Of a DNA stretch of 64,000 bases, positions 1 through 10,538 are shown piece after piece. The translations under genes were made by a program, and so were the position numbers. Below the pieces are notes generated by a model. That model saw only the letters and a program-made list of their open reading frames with translations, was not told the DNA's origin and did not search any database. Origin of the DNA: Candidatus Doudnabacteria bacterium (lineage in GTDB: Bacteria; Patescibacteriota; Doudnabacteria; UBA920); NCBI GenBank assembly GCA_003151625.1, contig PLYC01000021.1:80235-144234 (forward strand), written 5' to 3'. How positions within the stretch are numbered: the first letter of the stretch is position 1; every line of letters begins with the position of its first letter.

Positions 1-80
1 CCGTGCGACCAGTTGGTTATGGTCTCCGGGCTGGCGAGTTTTAAGCGGACACCTTTGAAATCTTCGGTTTGGGTGAACAT
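1..80 (-). CDS. rpoC: DNA-directed RNA polymerase subunit beta' (RpoC), N-terminal 27 codons; the gene continues beyond the window start
   Basis: Reverse complement of 1-80 translates to MFTQTEDFKGVRLKLASPETITNWSHG. This matches the conserved beta' N-terminus (E. coli ..[24 protein letters not shown]). Sits downstream of rpoB on the same strand. Confidence 0.65.
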   Translation of the reverse strand, partial: MFTQTEDFKGVRLKLASPETITNWSH

Positions 81-364
81 GAAAATTAGTTATTAGTTAA
101 TATTGCTTAGTTTGTAGCGTGCCGATTTATCGGCTGTTTTCTTAATTAAATATTTTTAATTAGTTTAATTAACCTAATTGTTCTAATTATTCTAAATAAT
201 GTCTAATGCTTAAATGTCTAAATTCTGACATTGGATATTATGATTTGTTTAGGTCAATTAGACTAATTAGAGCAATTAGAATAATTTTTTAGCCTCTTTA
301 CAAACCTCTCTCTCTGTGGTATTTTTAGCTGTCCGATTCTTCGGCATGCAAAGGAGGTTCTATC

Positions 365-604
365 GTGGCAACGCACGACATCGATTGTGCTCTTAACTTC
401 GGGCAACTGACTGATTCTGAGCGGTGGGCTTACCTGGTCAGGCAAAATGCCTACTACATCTGGGAACGCCGGGTGAAAGCAGACACGCCTGGCACTCCAG
501 AAGAAGACTGGACAACAGCGGAAGCCGAGGTCGCCAAAGGCTGGAAAGTCTGGTTTACTGATGGATTTCTCGAATCGTTGCACCTACCAGCGGCCATCAC
601 ATAA
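365..604 (+). CDS. DUF2934-family small protein (GTG start), in a GC-rich patch
   Basis: 79-aa ORF preceded by AAAGGAGG 7 nt upstream of GTG. Sequence ..ERWAYLVRQNAYYIWERR..GTPEEDWTTAEAEV.. fits the DUF2934 pattern (AY.LWE.RG...G...DW..AE.EL). GC is noticeably higher than the flanks. Confidence 0.55.
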   Translation: MATHDIDCALNFGQLTDSERWAYLVRQNAYYIWERRVKADTPGTPEEDWTTAEAEVAKGWKVWFTDGFLESLHLPAAIT

Positions 605-609
605 ACTTC

Positions 610-700
610 GTCCTGATCGTCCGCACCCCGTGCCCTGTGCCGGTTAGTTTTCCGTCCGCCTTCCGCCAACTGGCGGATGAGGATTTGGAGCTAACGGTAC
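610..700 (+). terminator. Long hairpin followed by a T-run (rho-independent terminator-like) after the DUF2934 gene
   Basis: ccctgtgccggttag ... ctaacggtacaggg stem enclosing a CCGCCaactGGCGG mini-palindrome, followed by tcggttttttt. Confidence 0.5.
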
Positions 701-757
701 AGGGTCGGTTTTTTTATTGGAGGATATTTTAAGGTTCTTTGCATTATCTGCGGAGCT

Positions 758-883
758 TCCCCTCCTTCTTTAAGGAGGGGGTGTCCCGTCGGATGACGGG
801 ACGGGGTGGTGATACTTATCAACGCCGATTCATTCACCGCCTCCCCCGCCTGCGGCGGGTACTCCTCCTTAAAGAAGGAGGAG
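758..883. repeat. Composite GC-rich palindromic element between rpoB and rpoC; its ends are mutually inverted hairpins
   Basis: cccctccttctttaaggagggg (758-780), gtcccgtcggatgacgggac (783-802), ccgcctgcggcgg (846-858), ctcctccttaaagaaggaggag (862-883). The right half cctcccccgcctgcggcgggtactcctcctt... recurs almost identically in frame inside polA at 34745-34795. The element itself creates the spurious ORFs 739..930 and 924..1115. Confidence 0.7.
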
Positions 884-935
884 AGACTGCATTACGATTC
901 GTGTTCATTCGTCTGCAGTATTTGTGTTAATTAGT

Positions 936-3900
936 TTATTTTTTCTTTTCCTTCTTCGTCGGCTTCTTTTTAACCTCATCGTCAAACAAAGAAGTTTCAC
1001 TTACAATAGGCATTACTGGGGGGAGGTTTGGAACAATAATTTCCGGCTCTTCGGCGGCGGAGCTTACCGCGCCGTCCCGGCCGAGCAGTTCCACATCCAG
1101 ACAAAGCGACTGTAATTCTTTAACCAAGACTCTGAAACTTTCCGGAATATTTGGTTTTTTAATCGGTTCGCCTTTGACAATGGCTTCGTAAGTTTTTGAG
1201 CGTCCTACTACATCGTCCGATTTTATGGTCAGCATTTCCTGCAGAGTGTGGGCCGCGCCGTAACCTTCCAAAGCCCAGACTTCCATTTCCCCAAAACGCT
1301 GGCCACCGAACTGGGCTTTTCCGCCAAGCGGCTGTTGGGTAATAAGCGAGTACGGACCGGTGGAACGCGCGTGCATTTTGTCATCTACCAAATGGTGTAA
1401 TTTTAAGAAATACATTACGCCCACGGTAACTTTTTCATCAAACCTGTCGCCGGTTTTTCCGTCTATTAGATAGACCTTGCCGTCTTCCGGAATGCCGGCC
1501 TTTTTTAATTCTTCTTTAATTTTACTTTCGTGTACTCCGTCCAAAACCGGAGTCGCGACATGATAGCCCAAGCGTAAGGCGGCCATGCCCAAATGAGTCT
1601 CTAAAATCTGTCCGAGGTTCATACGGGACACCACGCCAAGAGGATTTAAAATAATATCCACGGGGGTGCCGTCTTCCATAAACGGCAAATCTTCCACCGG
1701 AATAATTTTGCTAATAACTCCTTTGTTTCCGTGGCGGCCGGCCATTTTGTCGCCGACCTGGACTTTGCGCAATACCGCGACTGAAACCTGAATACTGCGA
1801 ATAACGCCGCTCTGGAGCTTGTCTCCGGCTTCCCTGGTAAACTGGCGGATGTTTACAACTTTTCCGTATTCGCCGTGAGGCAAAGTCAAAGAGGTGTCTT
1901 TAACATCGCGGGACTTTTCACCAAAAATTACTCTTAAAAGTTTTTCTTCCGCGGTTAAATCCGTTTCGCCTTTTGGCGTAATCTTGCCGACTAAAATGTC
2001 CCCGGCTTTAACCTGGGCGCCAATGCGGATAATCCCGGTGTCGTCTAAATCCTTTAATTTTTCTTCGCCGACATTGGGAATGTCGCGGGTAACCTGCTCT
2101 GGTCCCAACTTAGTATCGCGCACATCTATTTTAAAATCATCAATATGAATACTGCTGTAGCGATCCTGCTGAACCACGCGCTCGGAGACCAAAATAGCGT
2201 CTTCGTAGTTACCGCCTTCCCAAGACATAAACGCCACCAAAACATTTTGGCCCAGAGCCAATTCGCCGTGTTCAGTAGAAGCTCCATCTGCCAACAAATC
2301 TCCTTTTTTTACAGTTTGTCCCTTATTTACACGGGCAATTTGGTTAATGGATGTGGCGGAGTTGGTTCGCAAAAATTTCAACAGCGGATATTCTTTCTTT
2401 TTGCCTTTTTCGCCGACCACAATAATTTTTTCGCCCATGACCGATGTTACGGTGCCGTCTTCTTCGGCCAAAACCACGGTGCCGGAATCACGCGCCGCTT
2501 TGCCTTCCATACCCGTGCCGACTATAGGCGCGTCGGGCTTTATGCAGGACACGGCCTGACGTTGCATGTTACTGCCCATTAACGCACGGTTGGCGTCATC
2601 GTGTTCCAAAAACGGAATCAACGATGTAGTTACGGAAATAATTTGTTTTGGAGAAACATCCAAAAAATCAATATCGTCCGTGGAAGCCATAGTCGGCACA
2701 GTGCGTACACGTACGCTGGCGCGGGGTTCCACAAAATACCCCTGCTCGTTTAAATTAATATTGCTTTGACCGATAATTAATTTTTCTTCCTGGTAAGCAT
2801 CCAAATAAACAATTTTTCCGGTGGCGCGGGGCTTAATTCGTACTTCCAATAGCTGATGATTTTTGGCCGCCTCTTTGGCTTTGCTCGCGCTGACGGTTTC
2901 TCCGGCCGGCACTATGACTTTGCCTTGTTCATCTTTAATATCGTAAAGGGAAATTTCTTCTTCTAAGTCTTTGCCGTCATTTTTGGCGGCTTTTTTTACC
3001 ACGCGGTACGGGGTTTCTATAAAACCAAAATCGTTGACGCGCGCGTAAGTTGCCAAGTGGGCCACGAGTCCGATGTTCGGTCCTTCCGGAGTGGTAATTG
3101 GGCAAAGCCGGCCGTAGTGGCTATGGTGCACATCGCGGACTTCAAATCCGGCGCGTTCTCTGGAAAGTCCTCCGGGACCCATGGCACTAAGGCGGCGCTT
3201 GTGTTCAAGCTCGGCCAACGGATTTGTCTGGTCCATAAACTGGGACAGCTGGGAAGAGGAAAAAAATTCCTGCATAGTGGCAACTATGGGGCGGACATGG
3301 ATAAGCTGGGCTGGAGTTACAGTATCTAAATCGGCCAAGGACATGCGGTCTTTGGCTATTCTAGCCATGCGGGCAAGGCCAACGCGAAAGCGGGCCTGGA
3401 TAAGTTCACCAACGGCTCTGACGCGGCGGTTTGCTAAGTGGTCTATGTCGTCCGGTATGCCCTGGGTATTGTTTAATTTAATAACTTCCCGAACAGCCAT
3501 AACCAAATCTTCTTTGGTCAAAATTTGGCTTTCGTTATTTTGTACGTTTAAGCGCTGGTTAAACTTATAACGGCCGACCGCGGAAATATCGTAGCGCTCG
3601 GTGTTAAAAAACATACCGGAAATTAAAGACTTGGCGTTGTCTACGGTAGCCAGGTCGCCTGGGCGAATTCTTTTATAGACTTCCTTGTAGCCTTCGTCGG
3701 CATTAGTGGAAGCGTCTTTTTCCAGAGTGTTTAAAATATATTTAGTGTCCGGGTCGGTATCTACGTCTGCAAAAGCGGCTAAAATTTCCTCGTTGCTGTT
3801 TAGACCGAAGACTCTTAAAAGGGCGGTTATGGGAATTCTTCTTTTGCGGTCGATTTTTACGCCAATTACTCCGGCGGCATCGGTATCCAGTTCCAGCCAA

Positions 3901-4433
3901 GCGCCGCGGTTAGGTATGATTTTCGCACCGTAATAATTTTTACCGCGCAAATTCTCGGCCGTAAAAAATACGCCCGGGGATTTAATAAGCTGGTTAACCA
4001 CAACGCGCTCCACGCCATTGATAATAAATGTGCCGCGCGGAGTCATTAACGGAAAATCTCCAAAATACACGTCTTGAGTCTTTACTTTGCCGGTTTGTTT
4101 GTTGACCAGCTTGGCGGAAACATACAGCGGGGCTTCGTAAGTGGTGTTTCTCTCGCGGGAAGTAAACTCGTCGTATTTGGACTTGTCAAAAAAGAAATCG
4201 CCAAAAAACATTTCCAGGTTTTTCCCGGTAAAGTCGCGAATCGGATTAATTTCTCCCAATAAGTCCTTAAGACCTTTTTCTACAAACCACTTATACGAAA
4301 TTAGCTGTACCTCTATTAAATTAGGCAGCAGCGCGGTTTCGTGGCTTGAGGTAAAAAACTTGCGTGGTGACAACTTGCTCTCGGGGAACTTAACCATGGC
4401 GGAGACGCCAACGGTTTTAGATTTAGTAGCCAT
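936..4433 (-). CDS. rpoB: DNA-directed RNA polymerase subunit beta
   Basis: 1165-aa ORF with a characteristic RpoB sequence throughout (e.g. ..[27 protein letters not shown].., ..[15 protein letters not shown]..). Confidence 0.97.
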   Translation of the reverse strand: MATKSKTVGVSAMVKFPESKLSPRKFFTSSHETALLPNLIEVQLISYKWFVEKGLKDLLGEINPIRDFTGKNLEMFFGDFFFDKSKYDEFTSRERNTTYEAPLYVSAKLVNKQTGKVKTQDVYFGDFPLMTPRGTFIINGVERVVVNQLIKSPGVFFTAENLRGKNYYGAKIIPNRGAWLELDTDAAGVIGVKIDRKRRIPITALLRVFGLNSNEEILAAFADVDTDPDTKYILNTLEKDASTNADEGYKEVYKRIRPGDLATVDNAKSLISGMFFNTERYDISAVGRYKFNQRLNVQNNESQILTKEDLVMAVREVIKLNNTQGIPDDIDHLANRRVRAVGELIQARFRVGLARMARIAKDRMSLADLDTVTPAQLIHVRPIVATMQEFFSSSQLSQFMDQTNPLAELEHKRRLSAMGPGGLSRERAGFEVRDVHHSHYGRLCPITTPEGPNIGLVAHLATYARVNDFGFIETPYRVVKKAAKNDGKDLEEEISLYDIKDEQGKVIVPAGETVSASKAKEAAKNHQLLEVRIKPRATGKIVYLDAYQEEKLIIGQSNINLNEQGYFVEPRASVRVRTVPTMASTDDIDFLDVSPKQIISVTTSLIPFLEHDDANRALMGSNMQRQAVSCIKPDAPIVGTGMEGKAARDSGTVVLAEEDGTVTSVMGEKIIVVGEKGKKKEYPLLKFLRTNSATSINQIARVNKGQTVKKGDLLADGASTEHGELALGQNVLVAFMSWEGGNYEDAILVSERVVQQDRYSSIHIDDFKIDVRDTKLGPEQVTRDIPNVGEEKLKDLDDTGIIRIGAQVKAGDILVGKITPKGETDLTAEEKLLRVIFGEKSRDVKDTSLTLPHGEYGKVVNIRQFTREAGDKLQSGVIRSIQVSVAVLRKVQVGDKMAGRHGNKGVISKIIPVEDLPFMEDGTPVDIILNPLGVVSRMNLGQILETHLGMAALRLGYHVATPVLDGVHESKIKEELKKAGIPEDGKVYLIDGKTGDRFDEKVTVGVMYFLKLHHLVDDKMHARSTGPYSLITQQPLGGKAQFGGQRFGEMEVWALEGYGAAHTLQEMLTIKSDDVVGRSKTYEAIVKGEPIKKPNIPESFRVLVKELQSLCLDVELLGRDGAVSSAAEEPEIIVPNLPPVMPIVSETSLFDDEVKKKPTKKEKKK

Positions 4434-5487
4434 TAAATAACCTAACTTAGGATTGCTGTTTTTTTAGAGACAACACTCCCTAGAGCCAAAAAACGCACTT
4501 TTTGGCTTATTTAAGGATAAAAACTAAATCCTATAAACCTCTTAACAAAAAGAGGTGTTACAATATTGAGCCATCCCCGGATTAAATCCGGGGAAAAAAT
4601 TGGCCAAAATTGTAAGACCGAAGAATATTCTACATCTTCTATCTCCCCGAAATCATGATTGAAGACGCAAAACATTCCCTTTTTCGCGTAAGCAAAAAAG
4701 GCCGATCCACAAAGGCTTATAGGCTTATTAAATTGTGCATATTAGGATTGTAGCAGTCAAGGAGAATTTGTCAAGTCCCAAACCGCAGGTTTGGGACTTA
4801 GCCCTGTACCGGAAGCCTTGGCGACTGGTACGGGGCAAGTCGATCATTTCATTTGTATCTCTATCCTACCACACTTACCCCCAAACTTCAAACAGTTAAT
4901 CCACAAGTTATTATTTTTCAGGCCACCAAGCTATTTTTCACCCCATCCCCTAACGAACGGGGCGGCAGGAAAAGAATAGAATGATGGCCTGGAAAATCGG
5001 GACGAACAAGGCGTAGTGCTTAGCCTGGTTCATCCCAAAGTGGTGCAATTTTTTTGTTTTTCCGGCGCCCCTGTTTGGTCAAGGCTGCCGGGCAAGTTTT
5101 GGAGAAGTTATTTTTTCCTCTTCTTCGAGTTTCTCCTTTCCAGCCGACGGCCTTGCTCAACGCCGAGCTGGACTGCCAGGTTGATTATGACCCACAGCAG
5201 ATCCCGACCCTCCTCCTCTTGTTGCTGGAGCATTTCGGGATCAAAAGTCCTGTAGGGCCGCGCACTCAACCTTCTCGCAAGGTTGGATTGAGTGGAGATA
5301 ACGTCCAACCCCTCATACACAAGGGTCTGGCGTTTTCTCCTTTGAAGCCGATAGCCCTGGCGGAGAGCCGACACCAAAGGGTCGACAATCCACTCAAGAA
5401 ACCTTACCGGCTGCTTTTTTGGCCACTCCACTTTTCTATTCACCTCCTTTATATGGTTTTTGTGGCCGGTTCCATCAACCGGTAATC

Positions 5488-5841
5488 TTATTTTTCGTCG
5501 GGAAGATTTTTACCCGACAACTCCCGAACATCGTCCGGGTCGTCGCCGAAGCAGTATTCCTCCGACCATACTTGGCGGTGAAGATCGGTCAGCGGTCCAA
5601 ACATCGGCCCGTCTGCCGAAACCAACAGCTCCATCGCCGTTTCAAAAGCGAGGAAGCCCTCCTGGCCGTACATCCGTACGGCCACGTACTCGCGTACCGT
5701 AGGTCCTCCCGCAAGACCGAGCGAAAAGCCGTTCACCAAAGCGGCCACCGCGTGGGCGAAGGCGAAGATACGGCCTTCGGAGGCCTCGGGGTTTCGTGCT
5801 CGGGCATATTCAAGTGCCCGCCCGAGAAAAAACTCCTCCAT
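5488..5841 (-). CDS. Hypothetical protein (GC-rich island)
   Basis: ORF 5488..5913. The likely true start is MEEFF at 5841, with a GGAAGAGG RBS about 10 nt upstream. It immediately follows the stop of the upstream ORF at 5844. No recognisable family. Confidence 0.45.
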   Translation of the reverse strand: MEEFFLGRALEYARARNPEASEGRIFAFAHAVAALVNGFSLGLAGGPTVREYVAVRMYGQEGFLAFETAMELLVSADGPMFGPLTDLHRQVWSEEYCFGDDPDDVRELSGKNLPDEK

Positions 5842-5843
5842 GG

Positions 5844-6473
5844 CTATTTTACCTCTTCCCCGCCTTGGCTGGGCGGAATTTCGACCGGCTGTTGGGGCTC
5901 CGAGGTGAGGCACAACAGCCCCACCATTGGCAGCCGCCGTAGTAGGCGAAAAACCACCTGTGACAGCTCGTCTACGAGGCTGATGACCGCCTCGATTTCG
6001 TCGTTGCTATACTCCGGCTTGGTGCCGGTCTTCTCCACGACGACCGAGAGGCCGCCCGCGGCGTTAAAGCCGTTGGAGTTGGGCGTAGCCGGGAAATCGC
6101 GGCCGTAGCCGCGATAGCCGATGTCCGTGGTGTCTACCAGGCCATCGACCGTATTTCCCGTGTCCGGGAAATTGCCTTCCGGTTCGGCCGGCTGCCACCC
6201 GCCCTGTTTGAGGAGGCCGACCACATGGTCGACCATTGCCGCCACGTCCCCATAGGGGCGGACGCGGCGGAATTCAAACCAGAAGCGGAGCTTCTGGTGG
6301 TCGGACAGCCCGGCTTGATCCGGGCATTCGGCCGTGGTCGCGTCGCCAATGAATGGCGCGGCCGGGCTGTCCACGTCTCCGTACAGACAGACGCGGACGC
6401 GATCCGTTCCCTGACTCTCGCCGCCGAAAGACAGGTCCAACGGCAGACCTTTAACGTAGGTTTGTGGTTCCAT
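5844..6473 (-). CDS. Hypothetical protein (GC-rich island)
   Basis: ORF 5844..6527. An internal start MEPQTYVKG at 6473 has AAAGGAG 11 nt upstream. Protein-like composition, unlike the R/S-rich opposite-strand ORFs. Confidence 0.45.
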   Translation of the reverse strand: MEPQTYVKGLPLDLSFGGESQGTDRVRVCLYGDVDSPAAPFIGDATTAECPDQAGLSDHQKLRFWFEFRRVRPYGDVAAMVDHVVGLLKQGGWQPAEPEGNFPDTGNTVDGLVDTTDIGYRGYGRDFPATPNSNGFNAAGGLSVVVEKTGTKPEYSNDEIEAVISLVDELSQVVFRLLRRLPMVGLLCLTSEPQQPVEIPPSQGGEEVK

Positions 6474-6720
6474 ACGTTTTTTACTCCTTTTAAAATTGGG
6501 TTTTCTGTTTCGTCCTTGCGGACTCATCAGCCTGGGACTTCTATACCCAAGGACAGAAAAATACTAAAAATTAAGCGTGTAGTGCAGGCCATCGGCCTGC
6601 TTTAAATAAAATCTTTGGGGAAAGGTTTGTGCAAAACCGTTTCCCCGTAGATTGAATGCGTTATACGTCTGCCCGTACAGTCTCGCCGTTTGTTGCTAAA
6701 ACGGTGACAAAATTCTGCCG

Positions 6721-7806
6721 CTACTTTGGCAACTTTGGAAGGCGGGTTTTGGCTTCAATCTCCCGTTCCCAGGAAATCATGTTGTTGCCGAAAAACTTCT
6801 CGGCAACTTCCTGGCGGGAAAGCCACTCGGCTCCCGGCTCGTCCTGTTGGGTGGAGTAAAGGACGAACGGGTGGCCGCAGACCGCCCGGAAAGCCTTCTC
6901 CACTTCCGCCTCCCCGACACGCGAACGCGTCGGGTGCGAGCCAACGTGTAGGTGGCGTTCCCAGAGCCCGACAATCCCTGGGTGGCCGGTGATTTGGAAA
7001 ATCCGGCCACCGACCCGAAAGTCGACGGTCAAACCCTTATCCACCAGGCACAACAACAGCCAAGGGATGGCCCACTTATGCTTTTCCGTGGGCAACGTCC
7101 ACGGACATTTCGTGGTCGCCGGCTCCTGCTCGTCCACTTCCTCGGAGCCCCACACGAACGCGTGGGTGTTCCAAAACTCCTCGGAGCAGGCAGTGGCCCG
7201 CTTGTCCCACGGCTGGGGCTCGGGCACCCCGCCAAAGAACGCGCCGAGGAGCAGGAACGTGTCCCCCTGCCGTTTCAAGACCACCGTTACCTCGGAGCTG
7301 GGCTCCGGCTGGCGGTTTTTGACGAACCGGCTCAAGCCTCGGTCTTTAGCGCCCAGCTTGCGCCGGGCATAAACCACAACCTCACCCTTCCCCTCCAAGT
7401 AGGGCCGGAACTCCTCCGGCGCCTCTTCGGCCAGGGGTTGAGCCGGCATGACCTCGTCGGGACGATGCTTCACCCAGGCTTTGGCGAAATGCTCGGCCTG
7501 GGTTTTTTTGGAGGCCTGCTCGTCCCGCCAAGCTCCCGCCCGTCGCTGGGCGTCGCGGATTTCGCCGTCACGCCTGGTGGCGACGACGTTGCTGTTGCCA
7601 ATCGGCCGACCAAAATCGACCGACTGGATAATCATCCCGACCTCACCAGCCGGGAATCCATCTTCTGGATTGTGCGCATTGACCCGCGCCAAAGCGCGGG
7701 CGAGGAACCGCGCGGTACCTTTGTACCGCTGTGATCCCTCGTTAGCCAGGACCGTCTCGCCGCTTGCGAGCGTCCCGACCTTCTTCATTTGTAGTGAAGA
7801 CGCCAT
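6721..7806 (-). CDS. Hypothetical 361-aa protein (GC-rich island)
   Basis: Long ORF with AAAGGAGAGGG RBS about 9 nt upstream of the ATG. No family confidently recognised. Confidence 0.5.
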   Translation of the reverse strand: MASSLQMKKVGTLASGETVLANEGSQRYKGTARFLARALARVNAHNPEDGFPAGEVGMIIQSVDFGRPIGNSNVVATRRDGEIRDAQRRAGAWRDEQASKKTQAEHFAKAWVKHRPDEVMPAQPLAEEAPEEFRPYLEGKGEVVVYARRKLGAKDRGLSRFVKNRQPEPSSEVTVVLKRQGDTFLLLGAFFGGVPEPQPWDKRATACSEEFWNTHAFVWGSEEVDEQEPATTKCPWTLPTEKHKWAIPWLLLCLVDKGLTVDFRVGGRIFQITGHPGIVGLWERHLHVGSHPTRSRVGEAEVEKAFRAVCGHPFVLYSTQQDEPGAEWLSRQEVAEKFFGNNMISWEREIEAKTRLPKLPK

Positions 7807-7920
7807 TGTTTTGCCCTCTCCTTTTGGGCTATCTATTTACTAGAGATTCTTCGCTCCGCTCAGAATGACGCCGAAAAAAACCTAACAAACACATAGCTCA
7901 AAAGAAAAAAGCCTCCTCCC

Positions 7921-8025
7921 CCGCCAAGCCGTAGCCTGTGGTCCACAGCCGGGCGGGGGAAGAGAGGAACAAAAAGTTGTGCAGACTTTTGTTCCCCTCG
8001 ACTTAAGTGCAAATGGCGATTAAGG
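7921..8025. repeat. Intergenic repeat copy A, homologous to 12570-12690
   Basis: Shares gccgtagcct, aaaagttgtgca[ga]acttt and cccc..c.t.agtgcaa blocks in the same order with the MoxR/vWA spacer. Contains nested hairpins (ccccgcc...ggcgggg, ggaacaaaaag...cttttgttcc). Confidence 0.55.
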
Positions 8026-10013
8026 CTCGCCGTGGGCCTCACCGGAGGTGGTGAATTTTTGTGTTTGGTATTTTTTCTCCGGTGGCAGCTATAGTACGAA
8101 TCCGTTCCTTTAGGCCAACAAGAGCACAAAGGCTCCCGTCGAAACGTATTCGTCTGCTTTGTCTTTCCCGCGCGCTTGCCGGCGCGGCCTTAAATAGGAG
8201 GTTTTACCTAACTTCAGGCTTCCTCCCGGCGCGATTCTCTTTTTTAGCATCCTGTTTTGTGACTTGTGGAAAATTGGTGATTGGTTAGGATGTTTCAAGA
8301 ACCGCGATTCGGCGTCCGTCTTGCCTGGATGGGCCAAAGCTGGTGGCTCTGGCAAAGACTAATCCCTGTGGCGAGCAGGAAAATTGTTTCCCCTCCTTAA
8401 ACAACCTGCAAACCGGCGTTTACAGGCCGCCTAATTCAGGCCAGGCAAAAATAAACTGCGACCTATCTTGGTGTTTGGTGAAAGATAGTGTTTGGTAATT
8501 TTTAGGTCGCAGGCGGATGGATATTAAAACCCGATAATTGCTTCGGGCTTCACTTAAACATTTAGTTCAATCCACCCCGGCCCTAAGCCAAGGCTGTTTA
8601 AGTTTTTGCGGCAGCCGTTGCCGACTTTTCCATCCTGACACTCCTTGGGGGCTTTTCGGCTGTTTAGTGGGTATATTTAGTAGCCAAAAAACCTTAACCC
8701 CTTAGAGCCGCTGTTGTGTATCTCCCAAACCGCCAGCTGGCAGCTTGGGTCTCGTGTAGCGTTTTTGATGAGCGAAAGAAGGTAAAACGCCTTCCACCGG
8801 GCCCTTAGCCCATAAAGATAAGTGGCGAATGTCGCCGCCAAACCTTTCCTTTCGCTGTTTGTTCTTCCCTCATTCTGCCGGGATTGTTTGCCGACAAACC
8901 TCTTGGGGCGCGCCTGCCCATTACCTTTCGGCAATAAACACAGTACAAACTTAAAACTGCTTGACGTGGGGTATTGTATATTAGCGCTTCTTACTGTGAC
9001 AATTTTTTACCCAATAGGAGATTACTCTCCGCACAGAGAAGCGGCTGGATTTTCTGTTGTGCTCACCTGTAGTACTCTCCAGCAAAACCTAAGATGAGCA
9101 TTAACCAGTTTGTAATTTGTATTTTGGATTCCACACTCTGGTAAAAAGAACCCAAAACAGGCAGTTGTATTTAGAGCGTTGGTAAAAACAATTAGCCAAA
9201 ATCTTACCAACGCCGGTGCTGCTTGTTAGCGGTAAATCAGGTGCAGTTTATTGAAACCTGCCTTACCGACTTCTTGCTCTAATGACAAAATACCGTGACA
9301 TCCAGCTGGCAATGTCCTGTAAGTACCCTGCCACCTACAAATTTAATGAGCGCCTGAAGCAGAAGCTCATTAAACCAGCCGCGTTGCTTAAACCTTTTCC
9401 GCCCTCAGCGCGAAAGCCCTGCGGAAAAGAAAAATTTTTCTGAATAGCCAGGCTCAAATGAATTTTTAAACATTTGAGCCGCCAGCGCCACTGGCCCCTC
9501 TAGCCAAACAAAATCAGCCGATGCAGTTTCTGGCGCGTCCGGTTTACTGATTCACCGGACCTTGTGCGATGGGAACACAAGAATTTTGTAACCCACCTTG
9601 CGCCTTTTTAACGCTCTTTACCGATTCTTAACATGCTTGCCTTACGGCAAGGGAACATAGGTCTATCTATCCTAAAACCTATGCCTTTCATGCTCAGCCA
9701 CCCCCGATGCGCCTTCCCGGTCATCTCGAGAGAAAATGAACCGCTTGTCAGGGTTTAAACCCTCTACGGTGCCCTTATCATTTTTGTCTTTCTCCTCTTC
9801 GAAAAATCCAAACCAACCAAGAACCTCTTCCCGGCTTATTTGGGAGTAACGTGATGTTTTACGTTCCTCTCAAAATTTTATAGTTTATACCTTGCCGACT
9901 CGTCCGCCATAGCTTTAGCGAATTTGGATTTATCGGCCAAAACATAACTAGAAAACTTTGAGAGGAAGAGGAAGCCTAGGCGGTGTGCAATCGCGGGGCT
10001 TCCTCTTTTAGTG

Positions 10014-10454
10014 CTATTTGCCAAGGGCTGCTAAAAATCCCTTGGCCTTGTTGTCGTCCCGCCAGCTCCGCCACTCGGCGGGGACATGGGCGGCTTTTCG
10101 GCCGCGGTACTCAAGCGCCGCCCCTGGATAACCGGAACTGCGGCCGCTTGTGGTGTCCCACATGGACACCGTCAGGTCACCAATAGTGACCTTTTTTGCC
10201 GAGGACGGAACGTCGCTCGGCCAGCCGGGTTTCAGGCAGTTGTCATTCCAACCACCCGTCCCCCGGAAAAGTTGCCGGAGGAGGTTGCGCGGGATTTTCA
10301 CCCGCTCTTTTTTGCCGCGAATGCGGCGGGCGGCGGCCAAAGTGCGCAGGGTGTGCTTTCCCTGGAACTTGGCTATCACCAGCTCAATCGACGGCTTTTC
10401 AATCTCGGCCACAAAGGTTGTGACCGAGTCGATCGGTTTCTTCACGTCGGCCAT
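10014..10454 (-). CDS. Hypothetical 146-aa protein, last gene of the Alba-MoxR-vWA operon
   Basis: Start MADVKK at 10454 with AAGAGGAG RBS. Sits 85 nt downstream of the vWA gene on the same strand. GC-rich. Confidence 0.5.
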   Translation of the reverse strand: MADVKKPIDSVTTFVAEIEKPSIELVIAKFQGKHTLRTLAAARRIRGKKERVKIPRNLLRQLFRGTGGWNDNCLKPGWPSDVPSSAKKVTIGDLTVSMWDTTSGRSSGYPGAALEYRGRKAAHVPAEWRSWRDDNKAKGFLAALGK

Positions 10455-10538
10455 TTTCTCTCCTCTTATGGACCGAAACGGATGGTGTTTTATTATTTGG
10501 TAACCATCCCCCAAACCCTTGTCCGGATTCTCACCGAA

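Noticed and set aside
739-1115. ORFs 739..930 and 924..1115 between rpoB and the DUF2934 gene
   Set aside because: Generated by the palindromic composite element and by the antisense of the rpoB 3' end. No RBS.
5419-7734. Long plus-strand ORFs in the GC-rich island (5419..6108, 6952..7734, 6989..7372 etc.)
   Set aside because: R/S/P-rich low-complexity translations typical of the antisense strand of high-GC genes. The minus-strand ORFs have RBSs and protein-like composition.
7860-10010. Group II intron in the ORF-poor stretch
   Set aside because: No recognisable domain V (GAGC..GTTC hairpin with AGC triad) or GUGYG 5' end was found. Left as an unexplained ORF-poor region instead.
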